Assembly (NCBI GenBank): GCA_041082215.1
Contig: JBDOIF010000102.1
Span: 1-41,554 of the forward strand
Direction of reading: 5' to 3'
DNA length: 41,554 bases
Origin: Anaerolineae bacterium
GTDB lineage: Bacteria; Chloroflexota; Anaerolineae; B4-G1; DUEL01
The notes under the pieces are model-generated. The model was not told the DNA's origin. It worked only from the letters and a program-made list of their open reading frames with translations, and searched no databases. The translations under genes and the position numbers were made by a program. Positions 11,401 through 18,903 of this stretch are shown here, in pieces (the first letter of the stretch is position 1; each line of letters begins with the position of its first letter).

Positions 11401-11696
11401 CGCTCCGGCAGATGTACATTGAGGCCCTGATCGGCCTTGGGGCGTGTTATGAGGCGCGTGGTGAGGTGGAAGAGGCCGTCGCCTGGTACCGGCGGGCGCT
11501 GGAGGTGGATGAGCTGCGGGAGGATGTGCACCGACAGATCATGCGCTGCTATGCCAGCGCTGGCCGACGTCCGGAAGCGGTGGCCCAGTACCGTCAATGT
11601 CGGGAGATTCTGCGCCGAGAGCTGGGGGTTGACCCATCGGCTGAAACGAAAGAGCTGTACCGTCGGATCGTCGGAAAGGGAACCGGCCGGGAGTAG
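8496..11696 (+). CDS. Large transcriptional regulator: MalT-like STAND NTPase, TPR array, C-terminal wHTH and BTAD (SARP-type)
   Basis: SKLLVP...LLHRPR N-terminus, Walker A APAGYGKT, Walker B LVVDNY, SEGWITG, many TPR-like repeats (LNNLGWLHHMRGEYQEALALYEEGL), BTAD signature LYKGDFL...ALEVDELREDVHRQIMRCY...ELGVDPSAET. GTG start with GGAG RBS; alternative start 8466. Confidence 0.9.
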   Translation: MSISKPVLVRSKLLVPSPAGLLHRPRVCRSIGQGLACRLTIVSAPAGYGKTSALVDFVQHTPIPVCWYTADERDRDLGVFVEYIIGAVRERFPGFGERTLIALEAAPGELFQNPAPVVGELVNELVEIGSPLVLVVDNYEVLDGAAGIRAFLHRLLDLIPPNVHLMLGSRVLPDVPITQLVAKRQLVGLTVKDLRFEPEEIRELLQLLRIEVSEAQAEAIAENSEGWITGVLLLADLLRETARTALTGAERATAEAYEYLAREVLSRQPPDIQDFLQVSAVLREMSVRLCRDVLDLGASQALLAEVERRNLFITRFGEGAGATYQYHNLFRDFLHERLHQYDPDRYTELHRRAAGHFEQEGDVEEAVYHYLTAGMYPQATAVMERVAMEWFVRGRVEALVRWGEELPEEVRDQAPRLSLYQSKVLTDRYDYEGARRALTHAESGFAAQGDVSNLAMVHIQRATLGLFEGRYGDTLAEAQAALEKLAHPETAKRAEALRLIGRASIGLGHVPEGIARLREALALYRQVGSPYNVANLLQDLTLAFTMQGLFDEAAACLNEALTIGRRLDAPTLLAGVLNNLGWLHHMRGEYQEALALYEEGLAAARRGGVLWLQANISVGMADLYRDLGAYGRAEPLYNAGWQIARTSEPGLAVYILTAQADMYRWRGEYGRSAQTLEQARHLAEEKGLEFELQGLLPMSEGILLAERGEGSTGHRALSEAVRFLEQRKATRELARARFLLAKAHFLAGDRARAVAELRLAMGLAKEIGTDQFAVAEGQHSPGLLELGIAEGVTACLTTAEKVRKLRAFAGREGEMAREETAFLEIYAFGGGRVVRDGHLVSSSEWQASMAKELFFYILLHGPVSRDAVGLVFWPDASPKGMRDSFHTTLYRIRRALGTEAVVMEEGEYRLGDVAYWFDVEEFETLVGRARLLPPGDWQTEHLWQQAVALYKGDFLPEVERIWCVPKREALRQMYIEALIGLGACYEARGEVEEAVAWYRRALEVDELREDVHRQIMRCYASAGRRPEAVAQYRQCREILRRELGVDPSAETKELYRRIVGKGTGRE

Positions 11697-11729
11697 TTCG
11701 CGCCCCATCAGCCCAATCGGTTGGAACAG

Positions 11730-11754
11730 AGACCGCCGGCCGGGCGGTCTTTTT
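11730..11754 (+). terminator. Rho-independent terminator after the BTAD regulator
   Basis: AGACCGCC-ggccg-GGCGGTCT followed by TTTT. Confidence 0.75.
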
Positions 11755-11764
11755 CGTCTTCTCT

Positions 11765-11797
11765 GTCAGAGATTTGTTCAGAATGCGGTGTTATTTT
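11765..11797 (+). promoter_or_regulatory. Putative activator-dependent promoter of the small-ORF cluster
   Basis: Extended -10 TGtTATTTT (11789-11797), no consensus -35; direct repeat GTCAGAG/TTCAGAA (11765, 11777) lies over the -35 region. Confidence 0.4.
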
Positions 11798-11855
11798 AAA
11801 AGCAGATCGTAAACCAATCCGACGGGAGTTTCAAGAGAAGAAGGAGGCAATCAAG

Positions 11856-12023
11856 ATGGCAGGTAAGGGCGGCAGGCTGATCCTGGTGCTGATGGCTGTG
11901 GTGCTTTTGCTGACGCTGGCTCTGAGCTTCGCGGCACCCGCGACGTCGGCGCTTCTGGTGGATCCCTGGGAAGGGGCAATTCAGATGGCGGGGCCGGTCG
12001 TCGGCGGGGGCAGTGGGGCATAA
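11856..12023 (+). CDS. 55-aa secreted propeptide (candidate signalling-peptide precursor)
   Basis: AAGGAGG RBS; MAGKGGR basic N-region, long hydrophobic H-region, Ala-rich cleavage region, C-terminus QMAGPVVGGGSGA. Confidence 0.7.
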   Translation: MAGKGGRLILVLMAVVLLLTLALSFAAPATSALLVDPWEGAIQMAGPVVGGGSGA

Positions 12024-12043
12024 AGACAAGACGGAGCATAGGT

Positions 12044-12247
12044 ATGCCCACTCGCAGAATTGATGAATTGATCTGGATGGCCCTGACCGATGCCGCTTTT
12101 CGGGACCGGTTGCTCGGAGGCCATCGCCGTGAGCTGGTGAGGGCGCTCAATCTGACAGAGGCGGAGCAGCAGATCGTCCTGGCGATTAAGGCGGATTCGC
12201 TAGAGGCTTTCGCGGGCGCACTTTGCCAGGCGGGAGCCTGCGGATAA
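12044..12247 (+). CDS. 67-aa small protein resembling NHLP-leader clan (Os1348/Franean1_4349-like) proteins
   Basis: GGAG RBS; IDELIWMALTDAAFRDRLL...LNLTEAE resembles the A-x-x-D-x-x-F-R-x-x-L-L...L-T-x-x-E pattern of NHLP-like leaders (recognised from memory, not searched). Confidence 0.65.
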   Translation: MPTRRIDELIWMALTDAAFRDRLLGGHRRELVRALNLTEAEQQIVLAIKADSLEAFAGALCQAGACG

Positions 12248-12354
12248 ATGGGCCTCGTCCCCGTCGTCGCCCCGCCCCTCCAGGGCCGTTGGACTGCCCT
12301 GTCACCCACCGCTTGAGCGAGGGAAGCCTAATGTGGGTAGAGGGGGATAGTGGC

Positions 12355-12585
12355 ATGCTGACACCACGGGTGGTGAAGGAGACGGTCGAATCACTCGTCG
12401 AGGCTCTGTTTTCCTTAGACGAGCCATGGCGGGGCCGTTTTCTGAGCCTGGTGGCCACATGGGCCACGGGAGGGACCTGGAACGGGCGGCGTCCACGGCG
12501 GGAGGAGGTGACCGCCTGGCTGGCAGCGGATACGGGCCTCTGTCGGGTGGTCCGGCTTATGCTCAACTCCTGGCAGCGGCCTTAG
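12355..12585 (+). CDS. Hypothetical 76-aa protein
   Basis: GAGGGG RBS upstream of ATG 12355 (alternative 12331); protein-like helical sequence LVEALFSLDEPWRGRFLSLVA...EEVTAWLAAD. Confidence 0.55.
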   Translation: MLTPRVVKETVESLVEALFSLDEPWRGRFLSLVATWATGGTWNGRRPRREEVTAWLAADTGLCRVVRLMLNSWQRP

Positions 12586-12654
12586 AGCTTCTCTGAAAAC
12601 CACGAAGGAGAGAAAGGACACAAACGTGCCCTTTGTGGTAGCTGCCTGCTGCCA

Positions 12655-12745
12655 TCACGAATGACACGAACGCGCGAATTCACACGAATAAAAAAAGCGC
12701 TCTACAATTCGTGGGATTCGGTCCATTCGTGCCATTTGTGATGAA
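12655..12745. repeat. Mirrored nonamer array (CACGAAT-like units, then ATTCGTG-like units)
   Basis: cacgaatga cacgaacgc gcgaattca cacgaat ... attcgtggg attcggtcc attcgtgcc atttgtga, forming a long imperfect inverted repeat between convergent genes. Confidence 0.75.
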
Positions 12746-12824
12746 GTCGGCGTTTCGGGTTGGTCCAGAGGAGGCAGGTAGGTAGATACGCTCCGGAAGG
12801 CATCGGGCGATAGGGCGGCGATCC

Positions 12825-14186
12825 TCAGGTCGCCGCCCTATCGTTTTCAAAGAGGTCAAACAGAGCGGCGATGTAGCGGATGTGCTCGAAGAAGTCAGCC
12901 ACACGGATATTTTCGTTCGGCGCGTGGCCACGGGAATCGGCGTAGCCCACTCCGGCGGTGACGATGGGCACGCCGAATTGGCCACAAAGGAGATAGACCG
13001 GCCCCGTTCCAGCCATCAGGGGCAGTACGGCAGGATGATGGCCGTACACGATCTCCGCGGCCCGTATCGCGGCCTGCACGAAGGGGTGGTCGGGATTCCC
13101 CGCTGCCGGCTCCTCCCCCTCCCACCAGGCGATCTCCACATCCGAAAATCCCCCGGCGTCCAGATGGGCCCGCAGGAGCTCCAGAATCTGTCCTGGCTTC
13201 TGATCCGGCACCAGACGGAAATCCAGTTTGGCGCAGGCCTCGGAAGGCAGCACCGTCTTCGATCCAGCCCCCCCGTAGCCGGTGTGAAAGCCGTCTATAT
13301 TGCAGGTTGGCCCGAAAATCAGATGCTCCTTCAACGCCATCCCCGTCAACCCATCCAGAAAGCCCTCAATTCCATAAAGTGCCCGCACCTCCTCCTCCGG
13401 GTAATCCCAGTCGGAAAGGGCTTTTAGCTGAGCAGGGGTGGGGGGGCGGACGGAGTCGTAGAAGCCGGGGATACGGACCCGGCCATCGGGTCCTTTGAGG
13501 CTGCTGAGCGCCCAGAGCAGCCGCCAGGCGGGGCTGACCACCGTGGCAGCCAGCGCGGAGTGGAGGTCGCGTGCGGCCCCCCTTGCACGAAGCTCCACGT
13601 ACAACAGCCCTTTGCACCCCAGAGCGATCTCATACCGGTCCCGCGCGTTCTTCCCACCGGCCTCCCAGATGCAGCCAAAGCCCCCCTCTAGCGCCTCCTT
13701 CCGTGCCTCGACGAACTGGTGGAGATGGACGCTGCCGACCTCCTCCTCCCCTTCGATCACCCACACCAGGTTCACCGGCAGGCGTCGGCATGTGCGCAGG
13801 TAGGATTGAACCGCGCATATCCTCGCGACGGTGGCCCCTTTGTTGTCCGCCACGCCGCGGGCGTACAGCTTCCCATCCCGTATCGTCGGTTCGAAGGGAG
13901 GGCTCTCCCAGGCCTCCAGCGGATCAACCGGTTGCACATCGTAATGGTTGTAGAAGAGCAGAGTTCGCTCCCCCGCTCCTCCCATCCGGGCCAGGAGCAC
14001 GGGCGGGCCGTCGGTAGGGACCCGTTCTACTTCGAAGCCGGTTGTCCGTAGCATCCCGGTCAGCAGGTCCGCCATCTCGTCCAGCCCCAGGTTCTCAGAG
14101 GAGATGCTGGGCTGGGCAAGGGCCTGCATCAGCAGGGAGAGGCTTTCCGCGGCATGCGCTTCGATGTCGGCAAAGAGCGTATCCAT
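12825..14186 (-). CDS. M20/M25/M40 family metallopeptidase (dipeptidase/ArgE-DapE-like)
   Basis: HYDVQP, ARGVADNKG, EGEEEVGS, HAPNEN motifs; GAGGAGG RBS before MDTLF. Confidence 0.92.
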   Translation of the reverse strand: MDTLFADIEAHAAESLSLLMQALAQPSISSENLGLDEMADLLTGMLRTTGFEVERVPTDGPPVLLARMGGAGERTLLFYNHYDVQPVDPLEAWESPPFEPTIRDGKLYARGVADNKGATVARICAVQSYLRTCRRLPVNLVWVIEGEEEVGSVHLHQFVEARKEALEGGFGCIWEAGGKNARDRYEIALGCKGLLYVELRARGAARDLHSALAATVVSPAWRLLWALSSLKGPDGRVRIPGFYDSVRPPTPAQLKALSDWDYPEEEVRALYGIEGFLDGLTGMALKEHLIFGPTCNIDGFHTGYGGAGSKTVLPSEACAKLDFRLVPDQKPGQILELLRAHLDAGGFSDVEIAWWEGEEPAAGNPDHPFVQAAIRAAEIVYGHHPAVLPLMAGTGPVYLLCGQFGVPIVTAGVGYADSRGHAPNENIRVADFFEHIRYIAALFDLFENDRAAT

Positions 14187-14274
14187 AAGCGACCTCCTCG
14201 CAGGGGAATTGTAGTGCAATGGAGCGGGAGGGCAAGTTGGGAGCTATACCAGAATATGCTATACTTGTGGCGCT

Positions 14275-15480
14275 ATGACCGACCTGCTCAAGCTGATGCT
14301 GACCCTGTTCCTGATCCTCCTTATGCTGGCTCGACGGTGGAACCTGGGGCTGGTGCTGTTCCTGGCCTCGGCGCTGGTGGGGTTGCTCTTTGCCCGGCCT
14401 CTGCCCGACCTGGCGCTGGATTTCCTCCATGCCCTTACCGCGCCGCTGACGCTCCGTCTGGCGGCAGTCGTGGTGCTCATTATGATGCTGGGCGAGTTCC
14501 TTCGGGAGACGGCGGGGCTGGAACGGATGGTGGAGGGGCTGGAGGGGCTGTTGCCGGACGCGCGGGTGATGATGGCGCTGTGGCCGGCCTTTATCGGACT
14601 TTTGCCGATGGTGGGCGGCGCTATGTTCTCCGCCCCCCTGGTTCAGCAGTTAGGCGACCGGTTGGAAGCGACCCCGGAGCGACGCACGTTTGTGAACTAC
14701 TGGTTCCGCCACATGTGGGAGTACGTTTTTCCGATCTACCCCGCCTTTCTGGTGGGGACGGCGCTGCTGGGGATCCCTGAACGCCAGGCGACGGCGGTCC
14801 TCTGGCCCCTGTTCGCCGCCAGCCTGGTGGGCGGCGTGCTCTTCGGCCTGCTGGGGGTGAGGCGGGTGGGGGGAAACAACCTGCGGAGAGGATGGGCCAG
14901 CCTCCGGCTGGTGGTGCAGAGCGGATGGCCCGTCGCGCTGGTTCTGGCACTGGCCCTGGCGCTCCATGTTGACCTGGTGATCAGCCTGCTGGTCACGCTG
15001 GTGCTGCTGGCGCTGGTCCAGCGTGTGCGGATGCGCGTGGTGTGGCAGATTGTACGGCATCGCATCCCCTGGCAGACCGTGGCTGTCGTCTTCGGTGCGA
15101 TGCTCTTTCGGGGTGTGCTGGAGGCCTGCGGAGCGGTGGCCTCTGTTCCGGCAACGCTGGCGGAGCTGGGCGTGCCTGTATGGGTGACGCTGTTCACCGT
15201 TCCCTTTGTCGTCGGATTTCTCACCGGCCTGGGGGCGGGAGCCTTCAGCATCGGCTTCCCCATCATCCTGCCGCTCCTGAGCCACAACCCGCCGGGCGCA
15301 GGGGAGGTAGCCTGGGCCTGGGCTGGAGGGTTCCTGGGGGTGATGATGTCGCCGATGCATCTCTGCCTGGCCCTCACGCGGGAGTACTTCCAGGCCGATT
15401 GGGGGCGGCTCTACCGGCGGCTGGTGCCGGCGATGTTGCTGGTGATGGCGGTGGCGGGGGGGATGCTGGTCCTCCTGTGA
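14275..15480 (+). CDS. DUF401-like multi-pass membrane protein (ion transporter superfamily)
   Basis: PAFIGLLPMVGGAMFSAP, NYWFRHMWEYVFPIYP and GVMMSPMHLCLALTREYF motifs; about 11-12 TM helices; TGcTATACT just upstream suggests a very short leader. Confidence 0.8.
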   Translation: MTDLLKLMLTLFLILLMLARRWNLGLVLFLASALVGLLFARPLPDLALDFLHALTAPLTLRLAAVVVLIMMLGEFLRETAGLERMVEGLEGLLPDARVMMALWPAFIGLLPMVGGAMFSAPLVQQLGDRLEATPERRTFVNYWFRHMWEYVFPIYPAFLVGTALLGIPERQATAVLWPLFAASLVGGVLFGLLGVRRVGGNNLRRGWASLRLVVQSGWPVALVLALALALHVDLVISLLVTLVLLALVQRVRMRVVWQIVRHRIPWQTVAVVFGAMLFRGVLEACGAVASVPATLAELGVPVWVTLFTVPFVVGFLTGLGAGAFSIGFPIILPLLSHNPPGAGEVAWAWAGGFLGVMMSPMHLCLALTREYFQADWGRLYRRLVPAMLLVMAVAGGMLVLL

Positions 15481-15492
15481 TGGTTCTCCACC

Positions 15493-15572
15493 ATAGAGAC
15501 GCGGAGACACGGGGACAAAGAGACGTGGAGACCCTTTCTCCGCGTCTCCGCGTCTCCGCATCCCCGCGTCTC
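15493..15572. repeat. Mirrored octamer array (GCGGAGAC-like x5, then CGCGTCTC-like x5)
   Basis: atagagac gcggagac acggggac aaagagac gtggagac / cctttctc cgcgtctc cgcgtctc cgcatccc cgcgtctc between convergent stops; possible bidirectional terminator. Confidence 0.8.
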
Positions 15573-15577
15573 AGTTA

Positions 15578-18337
15578 TCACTGCTGCCGATTGCGGATAG
15601 CCGCCTGGGCCGCTGCCAGCCGGGCGATGGGCACCCGGTAGGGGGAGCAGCTCACGTAGTCCAGGCCGACCCGGTGGCAGAAATCTATAGAGGCGGGATC
15701 GCCGCCGTGCTCACCGCAGATGCCGATCTCCAGCCTGGGGTTGGCAGCCCGTCCTTCCTCCACGCACATCTGGACCAGCCGGCCCACGCCGACCTGGTCC
15801 AGAGTCTGGAAGGGGTTGGCCTCCAGGATTTTGACCCGGATCGGCCTGCCTTCCGCATCTACCCTGCCGGTATCCACCCCCTCGACGTACTGCATCAGGA
15901 ACTTCCCCTCGGCGTCATCACGGCTGTAGCCGAAGGTCATCTGTGTCAGGTCGTTGGTGCCGAAGGAGAAGAAGTCAGCATACCGGCCGATCTCACCGGC
16001 GGTGAGGGCGGCGCGGGGGACCTCGATCATCGTCCCGAACATGTATTCGACCTCGATCCCCTCTTCTTTCATCACCTGCTTCGCTACCGCCTCCAGCTTC
16101 TCCCGTTCCAGCTGCAGCTCGTTCACGTGGCCCACCAGCGGGATCATCACTTCTGGCTTCACTTTAATGCCCCGCTTGGCGCAGCGGCAGGCGGCCTGGA
16201 AGTAGGCCCGGGTCTGCATCTCTGTCAGCCCTTTATACATAATTCCCGCCCGGCAGCCGCGCAGCCCCATCATCGGGTTGACCTCCCAGAGGGAGTTGAC
16301 CACCTGGAGCATCTTCTCTTTCGCTGGCAGCTCCGGCGAGTCAGGGTTGGTGCACTTCAGGCGGGTAACTTCCTCGATCAGCTCCTCGCGGGAGGGGAGG
16401 AACTCGTGCATCGGCGGGTCAATGAGCCGCATAATCACCGGCAGCCCGTCCATCGCCTCGAAGATCCCCTCGAAGTCCTGTTCCTGGAAAGGAAGCATCT
16501 CATCGAGGGCAGCCTGGCGCTCCTCATCGGTCTCCGCCATAATCATACGCACCACAGCATCCCGGGCGCGGGGGTCGAAGAACATATGCTCGGTGCGGCA
16601 GAGGCCGATCCCCTCGGCGCCGAACTCCCGTGCCCGTCGAGCGTCCTTGGGATAGTCAGCGTTGGTCCGCACGCCGAGGACGCGGATCTCGTCGGCCCAG
16701 GAGAGGAGCTCCACCAGCTCCTTCTGTTCCGTGTAGGAGACCTCCTGGGTGGGGATCTCCCCCCAGAAGACCTCGCCGGTGCCGCCATCTATGGAGATGA
16801 CCTCCCCCTCCTTGACCACGCGGCCGGACTCGCGGACGGTGAACCGCCGTCGGTCCGTATCCACGATGATGTCCTCGCATCCGACGACGCCGGGAAGGTT
16901 GCTCCCACGCGCCACGACCGCCGCGTGGGAGGTCATCCCGCCGTGCTGGGTGAGCACCCCCTTCGAGGCCAGCATTCCCGGCACGTCATCGGGGGAGGTC
17001 TCAGGCCGGACCAGGACCACCGCTTTCCCCTGGCGGGCCCATTCGGCGGCCCGTCTGGCGTCGAACACTGCCATACCGGTGGCGGCGCCAGGGGAGGCGT
17101 TCAACCCCCTCGCCAGCAGGTCCCCCCGCTCCGCTGCTGCCCGCTTGGCTCTGGGATCAAAGGAGGGATGCAGGAGCTGATCCACCTCCTCCGGGGTGAC
17201 CCGCATCACCGCTTCTTCTTTGGTGATCAACCCTTCGTGGACCATATCCACTGCGATCTTCACGGCGGCGGCGGCGGTCCGCTTGCCGGTGCGGGTCTGG
17301 AGCATCCAGAGCTTCCCCCGCTCGACGGTAAACTCCAGGTCCTGCATCTCCCGGTAGTGGGCCTCCAGTTGACGGGCGACCTGGGCGAACTGTTCGTAAA
17401 TATCCGGCATCACCTCTTTGAGCTGGGCGATCTTCATCGGCGTGCGGATGCCGGCCACCACGTCCTCCCCCTGGGCGTTTTCCAGGTACTCGCCGTACAG
17501 CTCCTTCTCACCGGTGGCGGGATCGCGGGTGAAGGCGACGCCGGTGCCGCTCCTTTCCCCCATATTGCCGAAGACCATCGTGCAGACGTTGACGGCCGTG
17601 CCCCAGTCGTGGGGGAGCCTGTGGAACTCCCGGTAGGCTACTGCCCGTTCCCCGTTCCAGGAGTCGAAGACCGCTTTGATGGCCAGCCGGAGCTGATGGT
17701 AGGGATCGGAGGGGAAGGGTTCGCCGAAATGTTCCTGGTAGAGAGCCTTGTACTGCTGGACGAGCTGCTTCATCCCCTCCAGGCTCACCTCGGCGTCGCT
17801 CTTGACCCCTTCCTGCTCTTTCAACTGGGATAGCAGCTCCTCGAAGTGGCTCCGGTCAAGGCCCATCACGATGTCGGAGAACATCGTGATGAAGCGACGG
17901 TAGGCGTCGTAGGAGAACCACTCGTTCCCGGTGAGGCGGGCCAGGCCCTCGCGGGTTTCATCGTTGAGGCCCAGGTTGAGGACGGTGTCCATCATCCCCG
18001 GCATCGAGACCCGCCCGCCGGAGCGGACGGAGACCAGGAGCGGGCTGGAGGGATCGCCGAACCGCTTGCCGGTCTGCCTTTCCAGCTCCCGGAGCGCTTC
18101 CATCGTCTGCTCCCACATCCCCGGCGGGAATTCCCCCGTCTTCATATACTCGACGCATGCCTCGGTGGTGATGATGAAGCTGGGAGGGACGGGAAGCCCG
18201 GCGCCGGTCATATCGGCCAGGCCAGCCCCCTTGCCCCCAAGGATGACCTTCATTTCGCTCAGGCTGGGTTCATGGCCCAGGGTCTCAGCCAGTTCCTCCC
18301 TGGCAGAGCGCGCCAGATATACCCATTTCTTCGTCAC
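15578..18337 (-). CDS. ppdK: Pyruvate, phosphate dikinase
   Basis: LGGKGAGL, PLLVSVRSG, SMPGMMDTVLNLGLND, GGMTSHAAVVAR phospho-His, GIGLCRTEHMF, FSFGTNDLTQ, GICGEHGGDP. Confidence 0.97.
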   Translation of the reverse strand: MTKKWVYLARSAREELAETLGHEPSLSEMKVILGGKGAGLADMTGAGLPVPPSFIITTEACVEYMKTGEFPPGMWEQTMEALRELERQTGKRFGDPSSPLLVSVRSGGRVSMPGMMDTVLNLGLNDETREGLARLTGNEWFSYDAYRRFITMFSDIVMGLDRSHFEELLSQLKEQEGVKSDAEVSLEGMKQLVQQYKALYQEHFGEPFPSDPYHQLRLAIKAVFDSWNGERAVAYREFHRLPHDWGTAVNVCTMVFGNMGERSGTGVAFTRDPATGEKELYGEYLENAQGEDVVAGIRTPMKIAQLKEVMPDIYEQFAQVARQLEAHYREMQDLEFTVERGKLWMLQTRTGKRTAAAAVKIAVDMVHEGLITKEEAVMRVTPEEVDQLLHPSFDPRAKRAAAERGDLLARGLNASPGAATGMAVFDARRAAEWARQGKAVVLVRPETSPDDVPGMLASKGVLTQHGGMTSHAAVVARGSNLPGVVGCEDIIVDTDRRRFTVRESGRVVKEGEVISIDGGTGEVFWGEIPTQEVSYTEQKELVELLSWADEIRVLGVRTNADYPKDARRAREFGAEGIGLCRTEHMFFDPRARDAVVRMIMAETDEERQAALDEMLPFQEQDFEGIFEAMDGLPVIMRLIDPPMHEFLPSREELIEEVTRLKCTNPDSPELPAKEKMLQVVNSLWEVNPMMGLRGCRAGIMYKGLTEMQTRAYFQAACRCAKRGIKVKPEVMIPLVGHVNELQLEREKLEAVAKQVMKEEGIEVEYMFGTMIEVPRAALTAGEIGRYADFFSFGTNDLTQMTFGYSRDDAEGKFLMQYVEGVDTGRVDAEGRPIRVKILEANPFQTLDQVGVGRLVQMCVEEGRAANPRLEIGICGEHGGDPASIDFCHRVGLDYVSCSPYRVPIARLAAAQAAIRNRQQ

Positions 18338-18454
18338 AGTTACCTCCCTCTTGTGTTGATTTCCTCAGAGATACATCGAAAAGCCGGAGCATGTCAGGGC
18401 CTGTGGAACCAGCCCCGGATGCCCGGCTATCTTGCAGATCAATTAAGAATGCGA

Positions 18455-18844
18455 TTATTCAGAACTTGCCTGGCGCAGCAGCAGAAAGCGTGGGTGACGT
18501 TTTTCCATCAAAAGAATTGCAATCCACGAAAAGGCGATGCCGAGCAGGGTGGCGACGATCATCGCTCCATCCCAACCGCCGCTGGATGCCCGCAGATTGG
18601 CAAACAGGATCATCAGCCGCGTGACGATGTTGACCCCCTGCACAAAGTTCAGGGAGACCCGCCCGGCTGCCGGCGTGAGCACGCCGACGTTCATTCCCAG
18701 GAGAGCCAGGGCGAAGAGGATGAGAAAGGCTGGCGGCAGCACGATGGATTGGGGAGCCCTCCGGAAGAAATCGGGCGGATACAGCACAACCGCCGCGACC
18801 TGCAGGAGCAAAAGGCCGATCAGGATCAGTCGCTCTCGTCGCAC
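18455..18844 (-). CDS. Hypothetical four-TM membrane protein
   Basis: GAGGAGG RBS, GTG start, four hydrophobic segments. Confidence 0.7.
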   Translation of the reverse strand: MRRERLILIGLLLLQVAAVVLYPPDFFRRAPQSIVLPPAFLILFALALLGMNVGVLTPAAGRVSLNFVQGVNIVTRLMILFANLRASSGGWDGAMIVATLLGIAFSWIAILLMEKRHPRFLLLRQASSE

Positions 18845-18874
18845 GACGCACCTCCTCTAGCCGGGTCGGAGCGC

Positions 18875-18903
18875 ATTATACCCTTCTCGGCGTATAAAGT
18901 CAA
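18875..18903 (-). promoter_or_regulatory. Sigma70-type promoter
   Basis: Minus strand TTGACT (18903-18898), 17 nt, TATAAT (18880-18875). Confidence 0.7.

Noticed and set aside
11721..11855. Longer 100-aa version of the propeptide ORF
   Set aside because: It overlaps the terminator and promoter region; the AAGGAGG RBS and signal-peptide start point to ATG 11856
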